Below are positions 1-11,246 of a stretch of DNA of 36,817 nt, in pieces. Both the position numbers and the translations under genes were made by a program. The stretch is from assembly GCF_001194135.2 (NCBI RefSeq), contig NC_068983.1, positions 40,961,619 to 40,998,435 on the forward strand, read 5' to 3'. Each line of letters starts with the position of its first letter. The stretch's first letter is position 1. The stretch comes from Octopus bimaculoides. Taxonomy: Eukaryota. The notes below the pieces were generated by a model. The model saw only the letters and a list, made by a program, of their open reading frames with translations. It ran no database searches and was not told the DNA's origin.

Positions 1-38
<38 letters not shown>

Positions 39-48
39 ATAAATAGAC

Positions 49-107
<59 letters not shown>

Positions 108-200
108 CAGATGTAGATATATATATATATACATATACATATACATATACATATATATATATACATACATACATATACGTATATATATATATATATATAT
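1..200. repeat. Compound microsatellite (AG)n-(GATA)n-(TA/CATA)n
   Basis: Read directly from the sequence. Confidence 0.97.
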
Positions 201-1014
201 TCAGAGAGAAAGAATTGGCTGAGCAAGAGAGATAGGGGGATAGAAAAGCATCGAACGTTCAACGGAGAGAACAGAGAATGTTAGATTGTGTGTACACATG
301 TTTGTGAAATTACTATTGTCGGCCATTTCTATATAGCATCTTTAACAGCTTTCGCAAGCAACAGAGATAATGGCCTTACAAACAAGCAAAGAAAGGAATT
401 GCAGAGAAAAAAATGACGATAACAGACACGTAAGAAAGAATAAGCTGCGTCTATTTACAGTTGTTTGAGTGCATTTATGGCGATGCTAATGTACTTAATA
501 TATAAAAATCATGTACACTCCAATATTTTAAAGCAAATACTCATATTCACTTGCAAAGCAGACGATAACGGGTGACGTGTACTTTTGGAGAACACCGTCT
601 GTTTTTACTAGCGATTGTTATGGTGTTATGATAGATAGACAGATAGATATATAAACAGAGAGAGAGAGAGAAGGGGGGGAGAAAGTGAGAGAGAGAGAGA
701 GAGAGGGGGAGATTCAAATGTTTGAGATTTAAGATCACGCCGTTTGAATTCATCATTAGTAGCTGTTTCACTTGTTCCGCATCATTGCAAAAATATGAAT
801 GTCAAATTGTCGCATCTCCATTTATGCAAAAGACAGGTTGGCTTGTTGTTTCTATTGAAACTCGAGTCTGTTTTAATCAATCAGGCTTATCAGCAAGGCA
901 CTCCAGCCGTGACTGTCCCATTTTTAAGCGGTATATATATTACTAGATTATTTCGTGAGTGTTTTCCTCACTTTAACACTTTTGTTGCTTTATTTATGTT
1001 GAAATGCATAGTCC

Positions 1015-1195
1015 GCTTCTGCCTCAATTAATTTTGAAAATAACGAATAATTTCGTTAAATTTACTGTCATTATTAAGTTTGGAACATAAATTAACCCAT
1101 TTGTTACAAAACTTTACAAAACATAAATTAACCCATTTGTTACTAATGTTTAAATGGGAAAGAATTTAGTAAAATATCTGGGTCATTATTAATCC
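1015..1195. repeat. Unclassified AT-rich interspersed repeat (family D) with an internal 24-bp direct duplication
   Basis: Motifs such as 'aattttgaaaataa..gaa..attt', 'tgtcattattaag..tttggaacata.attaa' and 'gaagaattt.gta.aa' recur at 8945-9390. AACATAAATTAACCCATTTGTTAC occurs twice within 1083-1143. Confidence 0.6.
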
Positions 1196-1205
1196 AGTGT
1201 AAGTC

Positions 1206-1421
1206 GGCGAGCTGGCAGAATCGTTAGAACGCCAGGCAAAATACTTAGCAGCATTTCGTTCGTCCGTCCTTACGTTCTGAGTTCAAATTCCGCCGGGATC
1301 GACTTTGCCTTTCATCCTTTCGGGATCGATAAAATAAGAACTAATTGTGTACTGGGGTCGATCTAATTGACTGGAACCTTCCCAAAAAATTTCGAGCCTT
1401 GTGCCCAGAGTAGAAGAGAAT
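1206..1421 (+). mobile_element. SINE family A (tRNA-like head), near full length
   Basis: A-box-like TGGCAGAATCG, B-box-like GAGTTCAAATTC, central GTCGACTTTGCCTTTCATCCTTTCGGGxTCGATAAA, tail ..GTAGAAGAGAAT. Repeated more than 10 times in the window. Confidence 0.9.
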
Positions 1422-1435
1422 ATTTCTCTGCCATT

Positions 1436-1722
1436 AAGGCAGCGAGCATGCAGAAACGTTAGCACGCCGGGTGAAATGATTAGCGGTATTTTGTCTGTCT
1501 TTACGTCCTGAGATCAAATTCCGCCAAGGTCGACTTTGCTTTTCATCCTTTCGGGGTCAATAAATTAAGTACCAGTTACGCATTGGGGTCGATGTAATCG
1601 ACTTAATCCCTATGTCTGTCCTTGTTTGTCCNNNNNNNNNNNNNNNNNNNNNNNNNNNNNNNNNNNNNNNNNNGTCGATCTAATCGACTGGATCCCTCCC
1701 TCAAAATTCCGGGCCTTGTACC
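1436..1722 (+). mobile_element. SINE family A copy with alternative tail, plus a further tail fragment after the 1632-1673 gap
   Basis: Same head and central domain; tail GTCTGTCCTTGTTTGTC matches copies at 7140 and 25500. Confidence 0.88.
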
Positions 1723-2091
1723 CTTCGATCAAGAGGCCTGCAGCTCGTGTTCTGTCAGCACAGTTGGTTCTTAATGGCCGGGTTCATCTCTTTTCTAAGG
1801 AAGGTGCCACAAGATTTTATATTAGTTTGCTGCTGTAAGCAGAAGAAGCAAACTAATTTTTCTTGTCTTGCTCTTGTGAACCACAAAAACACAATAGAAA
1901 GCCGCTCGCACTCCAGCATACGACGATGACCAATGCCTTCACTGGTATTTCAATGGTCCAATATGGCTATAGGTCTGATCTATAACCACCCACCATACAG
2001 AAAGGTATGAACACCATTAAATCACAAAATAGGGCTACGAAGCTGATCTAAAACCACCAATATTACTTCACCTGATAGCATTCAGAAAGGC

Positions 2092-2094
2092 ATT

Positions 2095-2172
<78 letters not shown>
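2092..2172. repeat. (CAG)n-(TAG)n trinucleotide array
   Basis: Read directly; source of the poly-T/poly-A ORF artefact at 2068-2259. Confidence 0.97.
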
Positions 2173-2173
<1 letters not shown>

Positions 2174-2700
2174 TGGGGGAATGTACTGTAACAGCGCGTC
2201 CCTGCATCCAACATTTGTTGGCGATCTCCTACCCCTTGCGGACGACACCTTTCCGCCACTCAGGCGACAAGTCTACAACCCATGGGTCTCTTTGGGTAGT
2301 TATTGCTATTGAGGGGTTTACGAGGTCAGAGTGCAAATACTACCTCAGCTTCTTTTAGTTTCCTTTCGACGATATGCTGAGGAAACATTGGGTTTATTCT
2401 TTGCCAAGTTTCAGTCCCCCACACAGCGCTAAAGAAACGTGAAAGGAAACATTTTTCTCATGAACATCACAAAATGGCAAATTTATTTTTCTACATTAAT
2501 CATGTATACGAGGAGTCGAAATAATTGTATTGTAAGCAAAGAAATCGATATCTATTGATAATTTACAATAGATTATACCTGATATTTTGTTGTGTCTGGA
2601 ATCCCAGTTGAACCCATATCGCGGCAACAGGCACAAAAAAGAGTAGCTTCGGTTAATTTGCTTCTTCACCAAAAACAGTACCGAGAAACACTAAAAGTCA

Positions 2701-2750
2701 GAGCTCCAGCATGGCCCTAGCTTCTGGTTGAAAGCAATAAAAGAATAAAA
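2701..2750 (+). mobile_element. SINE family B 3' tail remnant
   Basis: GCTCCAGCATGGCC followed by an AATAAAAGAATAAAA tail, as at 14020-14074. Confidence 0.5.
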
Positions 2751-3410
2751 TTATACACACACATACACACATGTATCTATCTATNNNNNNNNNNNNNNNN
2801 NNNNNNNNNNNNNNNNNNNNNNNNNNNNNNNNNNNNNNNNNNNNNNNNNNNNNNNNNNNNNNNNNNNNNNNNNNNNNNNNNNNNNNNNNNNNNNNNNNNN
2901 NNNNNNNNNNNNNNNNNNNNNNNNNNNNNNNNNNNNNNNNNNNNNNNNNNNNNNNNNNNNNNNNNNNNNNNNNNNNNNNNNNNNNNNNNNNNNNNNNNNN
3001 NNNNNNNNNNNNNNNNNNNNNNNNNNNNNNNNNNNNNNNNNNNNNNNNNNNNNNNNNNNNNNNNNNNNNNNNNNNNNNNNNNNNNNNNNNNNNNNNNNNN
3101 NNNNNNNNNNNNNNNNNNNNNNNNNNNNNNNNNNNNNNNNNNNNNNNNNNNNNNNNNNNNNNNNNNNNNNNNNNNNNNNNNNNNNNNNNNNNNNNNNNNN
3201 NNNNNNNNNNNNNNNNNNNNNNNNNNNNNNNNNNNNNNNNNNNNNNNNNNNNNNNNNNNNNNNNNNNNNNNNNNNNNNNNNNNNNNNNNGCTAGTGATCT
3301 ATCGTGGTGAATATATATATATATATATGTACATACATATAGATAGATAAATAGATACGTATGGATGTACAGATATATATAATGGATATGTATAAGTATA
3401 TATAAGTGTT

Positions 3411-3456
<46 letters not shown>

Positions 3457-5339
3457 TGTGTGCGTGTGCGCGTGTGTGTGTGTGTATGGTGGTGTATACG
3501 TTTATATATTCTGTACTTTTGGATTTAATTAAATTTCAACGCTTACATTCAATTATATCAATCGCATACATATTGGAAGAATATTCCACAAGACGAAATG
3601 AAAACCTAGGCAAAGCTTTATTCCTTGCACAAAATGGTCATTTGAAGAATTTTCTCATAAATTTCAGAAACGACTACATTCCGGAGAAAAGCTGTTCTGA
3701 ATCCGTCTCGAATTTGTTAATTTCCGGGAATGAAGAACTGTGGGAAAATGTGCAAAGGAATCTTGAAATATCTTTTTAAAATCTTCAGCATAAAAACTTA
3801 TTTCTGAATTTTTGGTTTGAAAGAAGCGAATCTACAAAGAAGAAAATTTAGATTAAAAGGCATTTCAAATTTTCGGCTATTATGTATATGTGTATATGTG
3901 TGAATGTATGTAAGAACGCAGCTGTATGTATGTAAGTATGTAGATAACTACGTATGTTTATGGCTGCTTGCATTCATATGTGAGTATCTGTCTCTTTATG
4001 AACTTATCTAAACACACACGTAGACGCATATTTATGTGTATGTGTGCATATTCGAGACCATGCGAGTGTGTGTATAACTCTATGAGTACCACCGAGTGTG
4101 TGTGTGCTTTTATATACGTGTGTAAGTATATATATATATATGAATGTGAGTATATGAAGATTCTGCGATACAGATTAGCATCTCTCAATATGTGTGTGTG
4201 TGTGTGTGTAAATGCTTGTATATATANNNNNNNNNNNNNNNNNNNNNNNNNNNNNNNNNNNNNNNNNNNNNNNNNNNNNNNNNNNNNNNNNNNNNNNNNN
4301 NNNNNNNNNNNNNNNNNNNNNNNNNNNNNNNNNNNNNNNNNNNNNNNNNNNNNNNNNNNNNNNNNNNNNNNNNNNNNNNNNNNNNNNNNNNNNNNNNNNN
4401 NNNNNNNNNNNNNNNNNNNNNNNNNNNNNNNNNNNNNNNNNNNNNNNNNNNNNNNNNNNNNNNNNNNNNNNNNNNNNNNNNNNNNNNNNNNNNNNNNNNN
4501 NNNNNNNNNNNNNNNNNNNNNNNNNNNNNNNNNNNNNNNNNNNNNNNNNNNNNNNNNNNNNNNNNNNNNNNNNNNNNNNNNNNNNNNNNNNNNNNNNNNN
4601 NNNNNNNNNNNNNNNNNNNNNNNNNNNNNNNNNNNNNNNNNNNNNNNNNNNNNNNNNNNNNNNNNNNNNNNNNNNNNNNNNNNNNNNNNNNNNNNNNNNN
4701 NNNNNNNNNNNNNNNNNNNNNNNNNNNNNNNNNNNNNNNNNNNNNNNNNNNNNNNNNNNNNNNNNNNNNNNNNNNNNNNNNNNNNNNNNNNNNNNNNNNN
4801 NNNNNNNNNNNNNNNNNNNNNNNNNNNNNNNNNNNNNNNNNNNNNNNNNNNNNNNNNNNNNNNNNNNNNNNNNNNNNNNNNNNNNNNNNNNNNNNNNNNN
4901 NNNNNNNNNNNNNNNNNNNNNNNNNNNNNNNNNNNNNNNNNNNNNNNNNNNNNNNNNNNNNNNNNNNNNNNNNNNNNNNNNNNNNNNNNNNNNNNNNNNN
5001 NNNNNNNNNNNNNNNNNNNNNNNNNNNNNNNNNNNNNNNNNNNNNNNNNNNNNNNNNNNNNNNNNNNNNNNNNNNNNNNNNNNNNNNNNNNNNNNNNNNN
5101 NNNNNNNNNNNNNNNNNNNNNNNNNNNNNNNNNNNNNNNNNNNNNNNNNNNNNNNNNNNNNNNNNNNNNNNACTGTGGTTGAGGCAGGCAAATCTCACTC
5201 GTAGTCATGGCGGCTTCTAAACCTCCAGCTGCTTTCTCTCTATTCCTCAAGGAATAAATAGTCAAATTTAAAAACTAATACGTTTTATTGGCCCCAGTAG
5301 ACGCCATAAAATATAACTGATGCAGGTTAATAACGATAA

Positions 5340-5401
5340 ATAGACAGACAGACAGACTGACAGACAGACTGACAGATAGGCAGACAGACAAGGAAACAAA
5401 C

Positions 5402-5452
<51 letters not shown>
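5340..5452. repeat. (GACA)n-(GATA)n tetranucleotide array
   Basis: Read directly from the sequence. Confidence 0.95.
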
Positions 5453-6169
5453 ACAGAGGAAATTTTCAAACAGTTAGATAAACAGAAATACAAAGAATGA
5501 CATAAATCAAGTTTTACAGTGTAAGTGGTTCTCCGTCTGGTCCGACGATGAGCATACCAGATGTGCCTTCATCTTAATTACCTGTATATCATGTAATGTA
5601 ATGGAGTTTTAACGACTTAATATTCTGCAGACGGGTATCCTTGAAGTAAGCCTTAGTCAGAGTGATACAATGTATGACAAGAAAGGCACTTTGTTTTACA
5701 GATGCTATTATACATACAAACATACATACACACATATATATGTGTATATTTATGCATGTGTGTATGTATATATATGTGTGTGTATGTATATATATATATA
5801 TATATGTTGAAGGCAGTTTTCTCTTGTGTTTAAATGTACATTATTTTATATTGAGAATATGTTGTCTATTGACTTTTTATACATGCTAGACCACTGGTAG
5901 TGAAATTTCTAAAAAAAAAAAATCACTACCCTATATATTTTACGTATATGTTTTTAGCAATTTTTAAAAGATTAATTCAGCAGTTATTTAAATAATGATG
6001 TTCTCAAACCGTAAATTAGCTGCAGTAATTTATTAGCTGCAGAGTTATTTCCGGACTCAGCGCGCCAGATTGAGGACATTTGAAAGGATGCACTGAATGT
6101 AATTGTAGAACTCTACACGTGCTCCCTTTCGGGTGAACGTTCTGAGTCTAGTTCTGGAAATTATATCTT

Positions 6170-6225
6170 ATAAATAGACAGACTACGCTGATGATCCTGC
6201 AGATATTTACTTATGTAAGTATTAA
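6170..6225 (+). pseudogene. Possible LINE reverse-transcriptase catalytic-motif remnant (DYADDPADIYL)
   Basis: 6181-6225 translates DYADDPADIYLCKY*, matching the YADD motif of non-LTR RTs. Flanks are too decayed to confirm. Confidence 0.3.
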
Positions 6226-6426
6226 CAGGTGAAATCATTGGTACGTAGGTTAATCGTTTTTTTATTTAGTATTTTTTCATTTGTCTTGCTCTTTTACGGT
6301 CTGTCGTCTCGCTGAAATTTTACTGAGAACATGAACATATTGTGTGTGTGTGTGCACGTTCACGTGTACTCGTGTGTGTGATGGCGTCGATGTGGATTTG
6401 TTTTCATAAAACTATTAATGCTGTGT

Positions 6427-6795
6427 GGAGGCGCAATGGTCCAGCGGACTCGCGGTCGTGGGATCGCGGTTTCGATTCCCAGACCGAGCGTTGTGAGTGT
6501 TTATTGAGCGAAAGCACTTAAAGCTCCACGAGGTTCCGGCAGGGGTTGGTGGTGAACCCTCCTGTACTCTTTCACCACAACTTTCACTCACTCTTTTTTC
6601 CTGTTTCTTATGTACCTGTAATTCAAAAGGGCCAGCCTTGTCACACTCTGTGTCACGCTGAATTTCCTCGAGAACTATGTTAACGGTAGACGTGTATGTG
6701 GAGTGCTCAGCCACTTGCACGTTGATTTCACGAGCAGGCTGTTCCGTTGATTGCATCAACTAGAACACTCGTCGTCGTAACTGACGGAGTGCCAC
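6427..6795 (+). mobile_element. SINE family C (tRNA-like head), single copy in the window
   Basis: GC-rich tRNA-like 5' end (GGAGGCGCAATGG...; B-box GGTTTCGATTCCC) followed by a CpG-rich body with sharp edges in AT-rich flanks. I recall it as an abundant octopus repeat, which is unverified. Confidence 0.7.
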
Positions 6796-6915
6796 GACGA
6801 TTTATACTGTCTAAATGTCTACCCCGAACCGAATGTCCCTCTTTACATCACTGGATAACGCAGAATGGATTCATTTGATCCTCTCTTTGATCATTGATAA
6901 TAATTTCTGTTTACT

Positions 6916-7398
6916 AAGGCGGCGAGCTAGCAGAAACGTTGTCTGTCCTTTTTTGTCCCCTCTATGTTTATCCCCCTGTGGGCAATGAAGAAATATATTG
7001 AAGGCGGCAAGCTGGCAGAAACGATGGCACGCCGGGCGAAATGCTTAGCGGTATTTCGTCAGACTTTGCCTTTCATCCTCTCGGGATCGATAAATTAAGC
7101 GCCAGCTATGCACTGGGGTCGATGTAATCGGCTTAATCCCCTTGTCTGTCCTTGTTTGTCCCCTCTATGTTTAGCCCCTTGTGGACAATAAAGCAATAAG
7201 AAACGTTAGTACGCTGGGCGAAATGCTTTGCGGTATTTATCTGTCTTTACATTCTGAGATCAAATTACACCGAGGTAGACTTTGTCTTTCATCCTTTCGG
7301 GGTCGATGAAATAAGTACCAGTCTAGCGATGGGGACAACGTAATCGACTAATCCCTCCCCCAAAACTTTCAAGCCTTTTGCCTATAGTAGAAAGGAAT
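6916..7398 (+). mobile_element. Tandem array of three SINE family A units (internally deleted, full, 5'-clipped)
   Basis: Heads at about 6916, 7001 and 7200; tails at about 6945-6995, 7140-7197 and 7340-7398. Confidence 0.88.
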
Positions 7399-7613
7399 AA
7401 TTTTTGTTTTGTTTGGTGTATTCAAAACATCCTGGGACAAAAACCAAAACTTTGTAGTTACGAAGTTAGTTTCTAAACCACACTGATCACCTTCGCCTAC
7501 GTTTGCTTGTTGAAGTCATTGTATGTACTCCAAATATGTACTCCAACTTTGTACAACAATTTCAAGTTTCCCAGAGAATATGAATATAATTAAAGTAAAT
7601 TGCTGCTAATATT

Positions 7614-7828
7614 TGTTTCAAAATTTAGCATAAGACAAGAAATTTCAGGTGAGTGGGTAAGCCGATTACATCGACCCCCACTGCTTAACTGGTACTTAAT
7701 TTATCGACCCCGAAAGGATGAAAGGCAAAGTTGACCTCGGCAGAATTTGAACTCAGAACATAAGGACAAACGAAATGCCACTAAGAATTCTGCTCGGCAT
7801 GCTAACGATTCTGCCAGCTCGCCGCCCT
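7614..7828 (-). mobile_element. SINE family A, flanked by a 16-bp TSD
   Basis: Reverse-complement head and central domain; AATTGCTGCTAATATT at 7598-7613 and 7829-7844. Confidence 0.9.
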
Positions 7829-7856
7829 AATTGCTGCTAATATTGGTACTCCAGAA

Positions 7857-8070
7857 GGCGGCGTGCAGCTAGAAACGTTAGCACACCGGGCGAAATGCTT
7901 AGCGGTATTTCGTTTGTCTTTACGTTCTCAGTCCAAATTCCGGCGAGGTCGACTTTGCCCTTCATCCTTTCGGGATCGATAAATTGAGTACTAGTTGCGT
8001 ACTGGAGTCGACCTAATCGACTGCCCCCACCCCACCCCAAAAAGAATTTGTGCCTAGAGTAGAAAAGAAT
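7857..8070 (+). mobile_element. SINE family A, flanked by an 18-bp TSD (1 mismatch)
   Basis: AATATTGGTACTCCAGAA at 7839-7856 versus AATATTGGTAGTCCAGAA at 8068-8085. Confidence 0.9.
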
Positions 8071-8179
8071 ATTGGTAGTCCAGAAATCTCGTGACATATT
8101 TCTTTACTCTCTGGTGGTCTGTCTTCAAACTAAATTTCTATAATTACATCATTGTGAATTTTTCAAATGACAATGGTGC

Positions 8180-8890
8180 ACGTAATGAACTTTAAGCATA
8201 TTTTTTACGCAACAATCATTTTTTTTTTTTCAAATTGTCATCTCCAGTCTTTTCCTATGAGCAGCAATAATTGTAAGCCTTCTGCCCTCAGCACATGGCC
8301 AAAATATTTAAGATGTTGCTTGACCAGTTCTTTTACAACGCTCCATTCAATTCCAAATTTGGTTCAACAGATTATTATGTTTCTCACCAACTAATTTTTT
8401 TTTTATAACCTAACCATCAAAATCCTCTCTCCTTTTTTTCTTTCTCTCAGCTATTTTAAGAGTCCAGCATTAAGATCTATCCGTTGATTGCCATTGGAAA
8501 CACCAAATCTCAAAGTGGCCAATACTTCCAAGTTGACCTTTGTTCCTTATTCCTGGATGTTCCTTCCCAAATGTAGTTTAAAGAGATAACAACAGATTTT
8601 GTTTTTGCGGTTCTTCATTTTATCTCCTGACTGCCATCACATTCATTTCTAATAATACTTCCAGTATCGCAAGCCTCCTTCAACGCTTTGACAGTTTGAT
8701 TATCAATTATCAGAGGATTATCTTGATTATATATTCCTCTAAGATAATTAGATATTCAATTTTGACAAACTTAATGAATACACTATATTTTTCCACTTCT
8801 TACTTTCGTTTCATGAAAAATCTGCATTTCTTCTAAGCTACCAGCATTGAAGATATTATCATCGGTAAATTTGAGATTTCAATTTTAACT
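8180..8890 (-). pseudogene. Decayed RTE-type LINE reverse transcriptase and C-terminal fragment
   Basis: 8822-8878 reads NLKFTDDNIFNAGSLEEMQ (F/YADD motif context); about 8281-8320 reads KQHLKYFGHVLRAEG (typical RTE C-terminal 'xFGHxxR'). Many stops and frameshifts lie between. Confidence 0.72.
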
Positions 8891-8944
8891 TCAGAATTAC
8901 ACTGTCTGATTATATGTTAACACATTAGTTACCATACTAACGCT

Positions 8945-9390
8945 GGAATACACTGCCTTTGTTTCAGTAAGTTTGGGAAATGATGAAGAATTTGGTAGGA
9001 AACAAATTCTGTCATTATTAAGCTGAAGTTCAAATTTCGCCGAGGTCGTCTTTGCCTTTCATTCTTTCGGGATCGATAAATTAAGTACCAGTAAAACACC
9101 GAGGTCGATGTTATCGACTGGTCCCCTCCACCACAATTTCAGGCCTTGCGCCTATAGCAGAAAGGGTTATTAAGCTGAAGTTTGGAACATATATTAAAGT
9201 GTAACCTTGAGAGGTCTTAATTTAGATCACTTTAACCGTTTTATTACAATATTTCTGTCGAAATATACTGTCTTTGTTTCAATAAGTTTTTAAAATAATG
9301 AAGAATTTGATAAAATATTTTGGTTATTATTAAAAACTTGTTTAGAACTTAAATTAACAAGAAATTTTGATAGAAGGTTTCTAATTTGTA
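8945..9390. repeat. Family D AT-rich repeat, two tandem subunits, interrupted by a SINE
   Basis: 'actg.ctttgtttca.taagttt..aaa..atgaagaattt' occurs at about 8950 and 9265 and resembles 1015-1195. Confidence 0.6.
9031..9166 (+). mobile_element. 5'-truncated SINE family A with 16-bp TSD
   Basis: TTATTAAGCTGAAGTT at 9015-9030 and 9167-9182; the insert starts at the B-box (CAAATT). Confidence 0.88.
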
Positions 9391-9471
9391 TGTACGTACG
9401 TACGTAAGTATGTATGTATGTATGTATGTATGTATGTATGCATGAATGTATGTATGTATTATGTATGTATG

Positions 9472-9518
<47 letters not shown>
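9380..9518. repeat. (TATG)n-(TATC)n array
   Basis: Read directly from the sequence. Confidence 0.95.
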
Positions 9519-9798
9519 GTGCAAATTTATATGCCTCATGTATGTATTCTCATGCATATAGTTGCATATCTAGACATGCTCATATATTTTTAAATGATAA
9601 ACTTCTGAGAGGTTTTACAGATCTTTACAGTTCCAGTGATGGATTGGATCTGTAGTTTTCGAATCAACTTTCTCCTTTCTAGGTTTGAGAAGCCTAATTT
9701 CTCAAGACTGGTATTTAGGCAGTGTGCTACATATCCCAGGGCCACAATAATTACAGGTATAAACCTGAACTTATAATCTGGATGGAGTAACTGCAAAC
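9519..9798 (-). mobile_element. 3' end of an RLE-type non-LTR retrotransposon (end of endonuclease domain plus short 3' UTR), 5'-truncated
   Basis: 9590-9797 reads LQLLHPDYKFRFIPVIIVALGYVAHCLNTSLEKLGFSNLERRKLIRKLQIQSITGTVKICKTSQKFII*. This fits the RLE C-terminus 'P(I/V)(I/V)(I/V)GALG...LQ...I.GT..I' also seen at 30550-30690. Confidence 0.75.
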
Positions 9799-10215
9799 TA
9801 TGTATGTATGTATGTATGTATGTATGTATGCATGTATGTATGCATGCATGTATGACTGTATGTATGCAAATTTTGTATGTATGTATGTATGTATGTATGC
9901 ATGCATTCATGTTTGTATGTATATATGTATGTATGTATAACGAAATATACTTAAGTATCCTTATACTCCGTATGTTTCTACATATACATATACATACATG
10001 TGCATGGTATGTATGTATGAATGCATGCATATAGGTATGCATGTATACAGTCTTTGTATGTATATATGCATGTATATGCGTGTATGTATGTCAGTGTATG
10101 CATGTACGTATGTATGCAATTTTTGTATGTATGTGTGTGTATGTGTGTGCGTATGGCTGCATGTATGCACAGCAATGTATGCACAGCAATGTGTGTATGC
10201 ATAAAATGATGATCC
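9799..10215. repeat. Degenerate (TATG)n/(CATG)n/(TG)n array
   Basis: Read directly; source of many MYV/HTY ORF artefacts. Confidence 0.92.
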
Positions 10216-10426
10216 ATACATATATTGGCATCTCTGCGACAGTTCTCTTAATATCCACGCTTCAGTCAGCAACGGCGAAGATGATGTGGAATGATACGAC
10301 TTTTTTTGTTCCACGTCATTGCATTTGAGATGAGAAGTGACAAGTAAATGGCCTCTAGTAAACAATAACCGCTTCTATTACTACTACGCAAACACATATA
10401 CTAACATATATACATATATATATATG

Positions 10427-10461
<35 letters not shown>

Positions 10462-11193
10462 NNNNNNNNNNNNNNNNNNNNNNNNNNNNNNNNNNNNNNN
10501 NNNNNNNNNNNNNNNNNNNNNNNNNNNNNNNNNNNNNNNNNNNNNNNNNNNNNNNNNNNNNNNNNNNNNNNNNNNNNNNNNNNNNNNNNNNNNNNNNNNN
10601 NNNNNNNNNNNNNNNNNNNNNNNNNNNNNNNNNNNNNNNNNNNNNNNNNNNNNNNNNNNNNNNNNNNNNNNNNNNNNNNNNNNNNNNNNNNNNNNNNNNN
10701 NNNNNNNNNNNNNNNNNNNNNNNNNNNNNNNNNNNNNNNNNNNNNNNNNNNNNNNNNNNNNNNNNNNNNNNNNNNNNNNNNNNNNNNNNNNNNNNNNNNN
10801 NNNNNNNNNNNNNNNNNNNNNNNNNNNNNNNNNNNNNNNNNNNNNNNNNNNNNNNNNNNNNNNNNNNNNNNNNNNNNNNNNNNNNNNNNNNNNNNNNNNN
10901 NNNNNNNNNNNAGACACACACACACACACACATACACACACACACATTTATATGCGTACGTACATGCATACATTGCATGCATTTACATAATTGTATGATG
11001 TATATGTATAAATAAATATATATATATACACACACACATACATATACTTATATATACATATATATATGGATGCATGAATATATATGTATATGTAATAAAT
11101 ATATACATATATAAATGTATTTACAAATATATATATGTATATATACACATATATATATGGGCGTATGTATTTATTACATATAGATTTATATAG

Positions 11194-11246
<53 letters not shown>

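Noticed and set aside
6190-6250. Cluster of splice-like signals (CTGCAG..GTAAGT; TAACAG..GTACGT)
   Set aside because: It overlaps a probable RT remnant, has no polypyrimidine tract, and the implied intron would be far too short.
6415-6759. 114-aa minus-strand ORF with normal-looking composition
   Set aside because: It is the antisense reading of the family C SINE.
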